DNA from: an uncultured archaeon
GTDB lineage: Archaea > Asgardarchaeota > Lokiarchaeia > Sigyniarchaeales > Promethearchaeaceae
DNA: 32,000 nt
NCBI GenBank assembly: GCA_964426185.1
Contig: CAYRPF010000028.1
Location: 3,194 to 35,193, forward strand
Direction: 5' to 3'
A program made the translations under genes and the position numbers. Below, piece after piece: positions 24,096 to 32,000 of the stretch. The first letter of the stretch is position 1, and the number at the start of each line of letters is the position of its first letter. The notes under the pieces are model-generated. The model did not search any database. It was not told the DNA's origin and worked only from the letters and a program-made list of their open reading frames with translations.

Positions 24096-25364
24096 TTATT
24101 TATTACTAATTGTATCTTTTGATTCTTCTTCATGTTCTTTTTCATGTTTTTTCTCATTTTTCTCCTTCTTTTTGTCATCTGTATATTTTTTGAAGAGTTT
24201 TTCTTTTATACCTAAAATTGCAGCTAATTGTTCTTTAGATTTCTTCTCTTCCCGACTTTTTTCTCTTTCTTTTGCTTCAATGCGGGCTAATTTCTTCCGT
24301 TCTTTTTCAATTTTCTTTTCTAACGCAAGTTTTGCAGCTTCCAATGCTTTCAAAGATTGAATCTGTTTTAATTCAGCTTTGTATTCGTTTTTATCTGCTT
24401 TCCATTCTAAGCGTTCAAGCCGTTCTCTTGCTTTTTCCCGTTTTTGTTGAGCTTTTTCCAGTAATTTCTGGGCTCGGCGATCTTTGTATTCCGTCTTTTT
24501 CAATTGATAATAGGCAATTGGTGTTTTCCGACCTTTTAGTTCTTCATGTTCTGCAATTATTTCTTCCACTTCTTTGATTGGTTTTATTTTGGCGCGTTCT
24601 TCTGCAGTAAGGTCATCCTTTTCTCTAAATTCGCTGGGTCGATATTTCATAGCTGGGGTTCCCATATACACCCAATTGGGTTCCAACTCTTGATGGAAAG
24701 AAGTGCTGGAAAGGGCACCTAGAATGGTGTTATCTCCTATAATTGTTCCTGGACTGACCACAGAGTGGGCTCCAATCAAGCAATTTTTTCCAATCTTTAC
24801 TTTCTTTATGATGAGAAGTTCAGTGGTAATTAAGGAAGTCATGATTACAGAACCTTGCCCGATAATTGTTCCAGGTCCGACTTCTAAGAATTCTGAATCC
24901 ACCCATGCATCATATGTGGGTGTAGAGAATGATACTCGGTTTCCAAAGACCTTAAGAGCAAGTGAATCTGCCCAAGGAACGGGAAAATTATGGCAAATCC
25001 ACAGAGTAAATTTTTTAATTACTGCGCGAAGACTCCAAAATCGATAATCGCGGTTTTTAGAAGATCTTTCAAAATATCCCTCACGTGGACGATGGAATAG
25101 GTTAATTATTTTAAGAAAAAGCCAAGACCACCATATTGCTCCAAAAATCAATAGAAAATAGCCCAGAAAGAAAAGAAGGGGGAATATTCCCAAAAACCAA
25201 GCAAGTGAAATTTCGAAAGATGAAAGGATCTTAAAAATAATATATGTTTCGGGAAACAAAGTTAACCAAATCAATAAAACATATAGTAAAATATCCCATT
25301 TTACCAATAAAGTATTTGTGGTAGTCGGTCCTGCTTTTAAACTGGTCGGTAGTTGATTTGACAT
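24096..25364 (-). CDS. Membrane-anchored left-handed beta-helix (hexapeptide repeat) acyltransferase-like protein with a long E/K/R-rich tail
   Basis: Two N-terminal TM segments; LEVGPGTIIGQGS, VKIGKNCLIGAHS, IIGDNTILG and YMGTPA; about 170-aa charged helical tail. Confidence 0.8.
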   Translation of the reverse strand: MSNQLPTSLKAGPTTTNTLLVKWDILLYVLLIWLTLFPETYIIFKILSSFEISLAWFLGIFPLLFFLGYFLLIFGAIWWSWLFLKIINLFHRPREGYFERSSKNRDYRFWSLRAVIKKFTLWICHNFPVPWADSLALKVFGNRVSFSTPTYDAWVDSEFLEVGPGTIIGQGSVIMTSLITTELLIIKKVKIGKNCLIGAHSVVSPGTIIGDNTILGALSSTSFHQELEPNWVYMGTPAMKYRPSEFREKDDLTAEERAKIKPIKEVEEIIAEHEELKGRKTPIAYYQLKKTEYKDRRAQKLLEKAQQKREKARERLERLEWKADKNEYKAELKQIQSLKALEAAKLALEKKIEKERKKLARIEAKEREKSREEKKSKEQLAAILGIKEKLFKKYTDDKKKEKNEKKHEKEHEEESKDTISNK

Positions 25365-25415
25365 TTTGAATTACTCCCTCTTTATTGTTGTATATTTTTT
25401 ATTCTTGCATATTTT

Positions 25416-26294
25416 TTACTTTTGCGTATTTTTCGCTTCTTTATATCGCTTTTTTCGCTGTTTATTTTGAAGCACCAGCGGTTCAAGCTCATCTGGAATT
25501 TCAAGCATCCTTATATAACGTTTAAGCGAAATCTTTCCGACGGGTAAACCGAAATATTTGCCAAATCCCTTAACTCTCCGAAATTTCACCACTCCCGACA
25601 TTGGTAAAAATTCTGTATAGGGGTCCAATTCAGTTCCAGGAGGAATTGCATTAAAAGCACCCACAACGGCATGATCTCCAATTTTCACTTTTTTTAAAGT
25701 TATGGCACCGTATTTTCCTTCCACAAGATGGCTGCTTACTATTGCACCCTGCCCAATATATGCGTTTTCTCCCATCTCCAAAAATTCTTGGGTATAAAAC
25801 TGATCTTCTAACACAGAATTTTTTCCAATTTTGTTCGCACCTACAAATGCAAAAGCCCAAGGAACCAACCAGGGATATATTGATTTAGAAACTTCCCATT
25901 TTAAGATACGTAAAATTAATCCACGCAAGTGATAATAATTTAGCGCCCGAACTTCAGCTCTATTTACACCAGCAGCTGCCACCAATTCCGTTTGAGGCGA
26001 CCGCCAATTACAAAATCGTATCACCCAACGGCTGAACAGGATTAAAATCATTAATCTAATAAAAAAGAAGAGTATAATAATTATGGGGGTAAAAATCCAT
26101 ATCGCAATTAATCTAAGGTCTATAATAACTAACGAAAATTGAAGCAAACTTGGCAAATTTGGATATACTGAAAATTTTACATAATAATACAAACCAATTG
26201 ATGGAAAAAACCAAGAATATCCCCAAATAAATAAGATAATTGGAACATACCGTTCATATTGAATTCTAACCTTAGGGACAGCGGAAGAGATCAT
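25416..26294 (-). CDS. Membrane-anchored left-handed beta-helix acyltransferase-like protein, paralog of its neighbour
   Basis: Two TM segments; LEMGENAYIGQGAIVSSHLVEG, VKIGDHAVVG and YFGLP. Confidence 0.8.
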   Translation of the reverse strand: MISSAVPKVRIQYERYVPIILFIWGYSWFFPSIGLYYYVKFSVYPNLPSLLQFSLVIIDLRLIAIWIFTPIIIILFFFIRLMILILFSRWVIRFCNWRSPQTELVAAAGVNRAEVRALNYYHLRGLILRILKWEVSKSIYPWLVPWAFAFVGANKIGKNSVLEDQFYTQEFLEMGENAYIGQGAIVSSHLVEGKYGAITLKKVKIGDHAVVGAFNAIPPGTELDPYTEFLPMSGVVKFRRVKGFGKYFGLPVGKISLKRYIRMLEIPDELEPLVLQNKQRKKRYKEAKNTQK

Positions 26295-26348
26295 TAATCA
26301 TCAAGAATTGATTATTTTGATCAAATAAAAAGCAAATCATCTAAAATG

Positions 26349-26756
26349 TTAACCATCGGGATTTCGCTTGTTAAACAACGATTTCAATTCATCCATGATA
26401 CTGCCCCGAAGACTCACCGGATTAGCTGGAGCGGCATTTGCTTGTGGTTTCGGCGCTGGAGGTGGAGGTGCTCCAGGTTTTGACCCAGAAGGTGGTGGTG
26501 GGGCTCCAAGACCTGCTGCGCCACCGCCTTGTGCAATTTTTCGTTCTAATGTACCAATTTTAGATTCAATTGAACTTATTTTTTTAGATAATCCATTAAT
26601 TTGATTTGTAATTACTTGAATCTGAACATCTGTCATTTCTGGAATCTTTAAAACAATTTGCATAATCTTCTCTATCACATCCGCCAACCCTTCTACTCTT
26701 TCTTTTAAGGGTGCTTCAGAATTAGCATTCATCATCTTGAAAAATTCTTCTGCCAT
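26349..26756 (-). CDS. Coiled-coil, polyproline and C-terminal amphipathic (WH2-like) helix protein
   Basis: Heptad IQVITNQINGLSKKISSIESKIGTLERKI; APPPPSGSKPGAPPPPAPKP; SLRGSIMDELKSLFNKR. Confidence 0.75.
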   Translation of the reverse strand: MAEEFFKMMNANSEAPLKERVEGLADVIEKIMQIVLKIPEMTDVQIQVITNQINGLSKKISSIESKIGTLERKIAQGGGAAGLGAPPPPSGSKPGAPPPPAPKPQANAAPANPVSLRGSIMDELKSLFNKRNPDG

Positions 26757-26882
26757 TAACCATTCACATTCCGTTTCAATATTATATAAAAATTTTCTCT
26801 ACAATAGAGAATAATAGTTGTTCTTATTAAGAATTACTTTTCCAATAATTCCAATTTTGGCATGAGGAAAAATTAAAAAAGC

Positions 26883-27503
26883 TTAGAATTCGAGAAATCC
26901 AGGATCGCCTAAAATTTCTTCTATATTTGCTCGTTTTTTTGGCTTTTCTGAAGGAATATCTTGCTCTTCCCCAAATGGATTCATTTCTTGTTCATCGTAA
27001 ATATTTTCTTCTAATTCCGCATCAACGATCAAACCAGCTTTCAATTGTTCCAATAGGCGTTTCTCATTTTCTTTATATTGCTTGGCGGTTTCTTTCCACC
27101 GTTCTGCATTTTCTAAATCTTTCGGATCATTATATTTCTCAAATTCTTCCAAAGCCTTATCTGCATTAATTTGAGCATTATCTGATAGGAAAGAATATAC
27201 TAAAGCCAATTCGGAATATTGTTGCTTTTCCTTCAAGATTTCTTCGCGTCTGGTTAATCTTTCATATTCTTGATCTTTATAGTAGATATCAATAAAAGAA
27301 CCAAATGCATCAACGGGTTCACTGATTTCATTCTTAGGAACTACCTGCTGCTCACCGCAATGCCCGCATTCAATCAAAGCTTTGTCATCGCTATACTTCA
27401 TATTCGCTTTCATGGTTTTATGTCCACATTTCGGGCAAGTAAAAATTTTAGGAACGGCTCTTACTCTTCTATAAACTACTTTTTTTCGCTTTCTTCTTCC
27501 CAT
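26883..27503 (-). CDS. elf1: Transcription elongation factor Elf1 with a long C-terminal extension
   Basis: MGRRKRKK, FTCPKCGH, CGHCG and EPVDAFGSFID motifs, followed by about 130 additional aa. Confidence 0.88.
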   Translation of the reverse strand: MGRRKRKKVVYRRVRAVPKIFTCPKCGHKTMKANMKYSDDKALIECGHCGEQQVVPKNEISEPVDAFGSFIDIYYKDQEYERLTRREEILKEKQQYSELALVYSFLSDNAQINADKALEEFEKYNDPKDLENAERWKETAKQYKENEKRLLEQLKAGLIVDAELEENIYDEQEMNPFGEEQDIPSEKPKKRANIEEILGDPGFLEF

Positions 27504-27549
27504 TATATTTCATATTATATAAAAAATCCATTTCCAAAAAATTTTCGCA

Positions 27550-28515
27550 TTATTTTTCTTTATCGATTTCATCCATAATTTCTTTGGCACAAGATGGGCA
27601 GTAACTATGAGAAAAATAAACATCATTGTGTTTTGCCAAATATTCTTCTAATTGTTCCCAATAACCTTCATCTGTGCGTATTTTCTTACATTTAGAACAA
27701 ATGGGTAAAATAGTTCGCAGTTCATTTATTTCCTTTTTTGCATCTTCATACTTTTTTAACAAACTTTTACGTTTGGGCGGTAAAAAATAGCGAATGAAAG
27801 AAAATTGAATGGATGTGAATTTTTCCAATTTCGATGGGAATAAATTTAAGTAGATGAATAGAAGTAATCCAAATCCTCCCCCAAAGATTAGTTTTGCATA
27901 AATTCCATATTTTATAGATAGGTTACTGCCTGAAAATAATATGTTTATCCCTACAGGGTAGAGAATTCCATCTAAAATCATAATTATTATGAATATAATG
28001 GTAATAACTCCCGAAAGAAGCAAATTATGTTTTTTCTTCTGGAAGAAAAGACGGAAAGTAAAAAGTAATAGCAATAATTCTCCACTAATCAAGAGATATG
28101 AATATAAAACCGATTTATAAGAAAATTCAACAATCATTTCTGAATAATCCAGATAAATAACATTAACATTAGAGGCAAAAACTCCATTTAATAAAATAAA
28201 CAATAAGGAAATAAAAAGATTCAAGATGAAAATGAAATTTATTAGATTTCTGACATTTTCAGGCTCAGGATGTGTTAACACAAGGAAAATGGCGGCGAAC
28301 ATCAAGGCACTGTATGCAATATCGCCCCCGTTAAGTAAAAAATTCTTTGATAATTGAAGTGAATATAAGGAATTGAATATTTTAGTTAGACAAAATACTG
28401 CTCCCAGATAAGCATAACTAAAATACAACTGATATTTCGGCTTAAATAAGGTAATGAAAAAAATGGGGAAGGCATAAATCGCAAAATGTAATAAAATTAC
28501 TATGATTGAGTTCAT
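27550..28515 (-). CDS. Multi-TM membrane protein with a C-terminal Cys/His-rich putative Zn-binding signalling domain
   Basis: About 7 TM segments, a short coiled coil, then LPICSKCKKIRTDEGYWEQLEEYL...FSHSYCPSC. Confidence 0.75.
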   Translation of the reverse strand: MNSIIVILLHFAIYAFPIFFITLFKPKYQLYFSYAYLGAVFCLTKIFNSLYSLQLSKNFLLNGGDIAYSALMFAAIFLVLTHPEPENVRNLINFIFILNLFISLLFILLNGVFASNVNVIYLDYSEMIVEFSYKSVLYSYLLISGELLLLLFTFRLFFQKKKHNLLLSGVITIIFIIIMILDGILYPVGINILFSGSNLSIKYGIYAKLIFGGGFGLLLFIYLNLFPSKLEKFTSIQFSFIRYFLPPKRKSLLKKYEDAKKEINELRTILPICSKCKKIRTDEGYWEQLEEYLAKHNDVYFSHSYCPSCAKEIMDEIDKEK

Positions 28516-28639
28516 GGAATAAACCTTTTTCCTAGAAAAAAAATATTTAATGTATTTAGTTCTCCTTTGAAAATATTAATTATTTGATTTAAAATTATAA
28601 CGGGGAAAAAAAATATGCAAATAATCTAAAAGATCTTTT

Positions 28640-29560
28640 CTAATGCTTTTGAATGATGTTTAAGGCAGCAATAGTCCCATCAGACACAGCAGTTGTAATT
28701 TGCCATTGGTATTTATCCCGTAGATCACCTACAGCATAAACACCAGGAATATTGGTTTCCATGGTGTGTTCATCGGTTGGAATATAGCCATAATCGTTTA
28801 AGGCAAGAGTGGTGTTTTTAACAAGCGCATTATTGGGAATCATCCCTACAAAAATAAAAACCCCATCTCGCTCCATGGAAAAACGCTCATTGGTCTTTAA
28901 ATTTTCGATTTCTACTGTAATTCTGTCACCCACCGCTTCAAATTTTCGAGGTTCATGAGAATAAAGAAAGGTAACTTTTGGATTGCTTTTTACTTTATCT
29001 GCGGTAATTTTTTCTGCTTGTAATTCATCAAATTGGTGAATAACGGTGATAGAGTTTACCAATTGTAACAGAAGTAAGGATTCTTCTATAGCAGAATTTC
29101 CCCCCCCTATTACAAATATATCTTTGTCTTTATAAAAATCTCCATCGCAGGTAGCACAGTATGAAATTCCATTACCTGCCAGTTCTTTCTCTCCAGGCAA
29201 ATTTAATAATCGAGGTGATCGCCCCATGGCTAAGATGAAGAAGGGTGCTTCATATTTTTCTCCTGATGCAAGAGTAACCCATTTTTCTTCGGGGGTAAGG
29301 TGCAATTTGGAAATAGTACTGATAAGCTTAAATTCTGTTCCAAATGCTAAAGCTTGCTTATACATATTCTGAGCTAATTTGTATCCTGGGATTGGATCAA
29401 CAAATCCCGGAAAATTGGCAACCTGATGCGTGGTTTTCACTTGACCACCTGCAGTTGACTTATCAATCACCAATACATGTAATTTGGCACGTGATGCATA
29501 AATTGCGGCGGTTAGACCTGCAGGACCAGCACCAATAATTATTAAATCGTATTTTATCAT
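28640..29560 (-). CDS. trxB: Thioredoxin reductase
   Basis: GAGPAG, GISYCATCDG, GGGNSA and GVYAVGD motifs. Confidence 0.95.
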   Translation of the reverse strand: MIKYDLIIIGAGPAGLTAAIYASRAKLHVLVIDKSTAGGQVKTTHQVANFPGFVDPIPGYKLAQNMYKQALAFGTEFKLISTISKLHLTPEEKWVTLASGEKYEAPFFILAMGRSPRLLNLPGEKELAGNGISYCATCDGDFYKDKDIFVIGGGNSAIEESLLLLQLVNSITVIHQFDELQAEKITADKVKSNPKVTFLYSHEPRKFEAVGDRITVEIENLKTNERFSMERDGVFIFVGMIPNNALVKNTTLALNDYGYIPTDEHTMETNIPGVYAVGDLRDKYQWQITTAVSDGTIAALNIIQKH

Positions 29561-29665
29561 ATTTTTTTCATCTAAATTTTATGTGTTCATAATATTCCAT
29601 ATTATTCCCATATCATTAATTATAAAAAATACAGAATTAAAAAAAGGGAAGAAAATAACATCCTT

Positions 29666-30019
29666 TTAGGCAAATACTTCGTTGATAATTGCTTTTACTT
29701 CTTCAGGTTGCTGGATGCTGGAAGTGGCTTTCGCCACTTTCCCATTACGATAATAAATAGTAAACGGTAGACCTCGGAATCTTCTACATTCAGGAAGTTT
29801 TCTAATCACCGCGGCTTCAGGGTGATCAAACAAGAAATCATTAAATTTAATGTCAGGATGTTCTGATTTCAATAATTCCATAATTCCATAGACTGGAACA
29901 CACATGGGACCCATTCGGCCACAAACAACAACGACTTTTTCATTATTGGAAACAATTTCTTCTAATTCTGCTTTGCTGGTAATATGATGTAAATTTGTAT
30001 CTAATGTGGGATAGTTCAT
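29666..30019 (-). CDS. Thioredoxin-fold protein with an atypical CGRMGPMC active-site region
   Basis: 117 aa; VVVCGRMGPMCVPVY and the GLPFTIYYRNGK cis-Pro loop; directly upstream of trxB. Confidence 0.85.
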   Translation of the reverse strand: MNYPTLDTNLHHITSKAELEEIVSNNEKVVVVCGRMGPMCVPVYGIMELLKSEHPDIKFNDFLFDHPEAAVIRKLPECRRFRGLPFTIYYRNGKVAKATSSIQQPEEVKAIINEVFA

Positions 30020-30049
30020 TCTTTTTTACCTATGTAAAATATAATTTGA

Positions 30050-30070
30050 TTGTGCAATTATAATGCACAA
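30050..30070. promoter_or_regulatory. 7-7-7 palindrome upstream of the thioredoxin-trxB pair; candidate operator
   Basis: TTGTGCA-ATTATAA-TGCACAA, 30 nt upstream of the thioredoxin ATG. Confidence 0.55.
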
Positions 30071-30119
30071 CTAAGATAAAAAGGAATTCTTTACTTTTAA
30101 ATTCGATGGTGTCTAAGTA

Positions 30120-32000
30120 TTAATCGATTACCTCTACCGCTTCTTCAAAAATTATACAGCGAGAAGAAGTTCCCACCAAAATTTTGAATACACCCTTTTC
30201 TACCTTCCATTGATGAGAAGATACATCGAAAAAGGCGAAATCTGCCGCGTTAAGCTTGATATCAATCCTTTTCGATTCTCCCGCCTTAACAAACACTTTT
30301 TTAAATCCTAATAGTTCTTTTGCGGGTCTATCCACCGTGGATTTCAAATCCGAGTAATACACCTGCACCACCTCGGCTCCGCCACACTCTCCGATGTTCT
30401 CCACAGTCACAGAAATGTGAAATGAATCATCTGCCTTCAATTTATGTTTATCCAACTTTAGATCTGAAAGTTGGAACTTTGTATATGAGAGTCCGAAACC
30501 GAATTCAAATTGTGGTTCCAAGTTTTTGCTGTCAAAGTACCGATACCCTACATAGATGCCTTCGTCGTAAAATACCTTGACATCTTTATATTCAGATTCA
30601 GGAATTTCACGTTTTCGGATCATATCCATAAAACTCTCGCTGAAAATTGGGCCATCTCCGGGATATGTGCTTGAACCAGCATGAGCATGGGCAGGACTAT
30701 CAGAAAGTCTTTTCGGGAATGTGATGGGCAGTTTTCCGGAAGGATTCACATTTCCGAGTAATATGTCAGCTAAAGCATATCCCCCCATCATACCCGGATA
30801 CCAAGCCTCCACAACTGCGGGAACATTATCAATCCATTTTTCCATAGAAACTGGACTACCTGTTATTAAAACAACCACCGTGTTCGGATTTTGTTTCGCT
30901 GTATCCAAGATCAATTTTTCTTCCTTTTGGGGAAGATTAAGACTATTTTTATCAAAAGATTCTCCGTCATAACCCTTATCATGATTCAATCCAGTAATAA
31001 CCAAGGCAATATCGGCATTTTTAGGATCATTAGTGATTTCCACGGATTTTCCAAAAATCTCTCGAATTCCCTGCAGCGGAGTGATTTCAAAGGGTGGAAT
31101 TACGGCCGCGCTTCCACCATATAGAAATTTGCCGAACTTTTTACTGGCATTTTTCCCTAAAACGGCAATTTTCCTTATATTTTTAAGATTTATCGGCAAA
31201 ATGCTGTTGTTATTTTTTAAGAGAACCATTCCTTCAGCTGCTATTTCCCGTGCAATCTGCTGATGAGCTGTCCAATCCACTTTGATCCTTCTCTTAGCTT
31301 TCTCACGATCCAAAACCTCGGTTTTAACCATTACTGTTAAAATCCTTTCAATAAGTTCATCGATATCTTCCATGGTTATTCTTCCTTGTTCCAAAGCTTT
31401 TTGAAGTTTCTCGGGAGTATAGGTATGCATTTTCGGCATTTCTAAGGAAAGCCCCGCCTTTACACATCTTTCCGGATCCTTGATGTTTACAGTGGCACCC
31501 CAATCAGACATTACAAACCCAGTAAATCCGAATTCATTTATGAGGTATTCCCGCAACAATTTGGGGTGTTCACTACCGTAAATTCCATTCACCCGATTAT
31601 AGCAGCTCATGACGGTCCAAGGATCTGCCGCCTTTATGATCTGTTCAAATGCCTTTAAATAGATTTCCCGCAAGGTTCGTTCATCGATTTCCACACTGAC
31701 AAAATGTCGATTGGTTTCTTGATTGTTAGCGACATAATGTTTCAAACATGCCCCTACCTTCTGTTTTTGAACGGATTTAACTAAAGGAACCACCATCTCC
31801 CTTATAAAAATGGGATCTTCCGAAAAATATTCAAAGGTTCGACCGTTTAAAGGAGTCCGATCGATGTTAATTCCTGGTGCTAGGAGGATATGCTTACCAC
31901 GGGCTTTAATTTCTTTCGCAACGGCAGTTCCGAATTTCTCGGATAAATCAGGATTCCAAGTGGCGGCTAAGGATTTCGGAACGGGAAATTGAGTATTTTT
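30120..32000 (-). CDS. Glycoside hydrolase family 3 beta-glucosidase; partial, its start lies beyond the right edge
   Basis: The frame stays open upstream of 31796 (FPVPKSLAATWNP...LLAPGINIDRTPLNGRTFEYFSEDP). It also has KHYVANNQE, VMSDWG, NPSGKLPITFP and an Fn3-like C-terminus. Confidence 0.95.
   Translation of the reverse strand, partial: KNTQFPVPKSLAATWNPDLSEKFGTAVAKEIKARGKHILLAPGINIDRTPLNGRTFEYFSEDPIFIREMVVPLVKSVQKQKVGACLKHYVANNQETNRHFVSVEIDERTLREIYLKAFEQIIKAADPWTVMSCYNRVNGIYGSEHPKLLREYLINEFGFTGFVMSDWGATVNIKDPERCVKAGLSLEMPKMHTYTPEKLQKALEQGRITMEDIDELIERILTVMVKTEVLDREKAKRRIKVDWTAHQQIAREIAAEGMVLLKNNNSILPINLKNIRKIAVLGKNASKKFGKFLYGGSAAVIPPFEITPLQGIREIFGKSVEITNDPKNADIALVITGLNHDKGYDGESFDKNSLNLPQKEEKLILDTAKQNPNTVVVLITGSPVSMEKWIDNVPAVVEAWYPGMMGGYALADILLGNVNPSGKLPITFPKRLSDSPAHAHAGSSTYPGDGPIFSESFMDMIRKREIPESEYKDVKVFYDEGIYVGYRYFDSKNLEPQFEFGFGLSYTKFQLSDLKLDKHKLKADDSFHISVTVENIGECGGAEVVQVYYSDLKSTVDRPAKELLGFKKVFVKAGESKRIDIKLNAADFAFFDVSSHQWKVEKGVFKILVGTSSRCIIFEEAVEVID

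Noticed and set aside
24079-24577. Phe/Ser-rich plus-strand ORFs
   Set aside because: They are the antisense reading of the E/K-rich tail of the gene at 24096-25364.
26368-26604. Gly-rich plus-strand ORF
   Set aside because: It is the antisense mirror of the polyproline codons.
30320-31992. Several plus-strand ORFs over the GH3 gene, and the track's GH3 start at 31796
   Set aside because: The plus-strand ORFs are shadows. The GH3 frame continues with conserved motifs to the window edge, so 31796 is an internal Met.
1-32000. CRISPR arrays, IS elements, integrases, rRNA and tRNA genes
   Set aside because: I recognised no spaced direct repeats, terminal inverted repeats with a transposase, or structured GC-rich RNA genes by eye. 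tRNAscan-SE and Infernal would be needed to exclude them formally.

Overview
AT-rich archaeal chromosomal DNA, very probably from an Asgard archaeon (Lokiarchaeia-like). This is inferred from a eukaryote-like ubiquitin, a longin-like protein, Elf1, aEF-1beta, GatDE and GGTGA Shine-Dalgarno motifs. The left part holds three adenine DNA methyltransferases around ubiquitin and mutL, which lacks a canonical start codon. It also holds the Zn-finger/EF-1beta pair, an Asp/Glu racemase, an EamA transporter fused to an Lrp/AsnC ligand-binding domain next to a stand-alone Lrp/AsnC domain, an SDR and three tandem Hsp20 genes. The centre is a mirror-image block, asparaginase > < gatD1 < gatE1 < longin | gatE2 > gatD2 > < asnS, with two complete, diverged GatDE amidotransferases. 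The right part holds two membrane beta-helix acyltransferase-like proteins, a coiled-coil/polyproline/WH2-like protein, an extended Elf1, a membrane sensor-like protein, trxB with an atypical thioredoxin, and a partial GH3 glycosidase. The best candidates for undescribed biology are the duplicated GatDE/Asn cluster, the VASP/NPF-like polyproline protein and the EamA-RAM module. I recognised no tRNA, rRNA, CRISPR array or mobile element. All family calls come from motif recognition by eye, not database searches.
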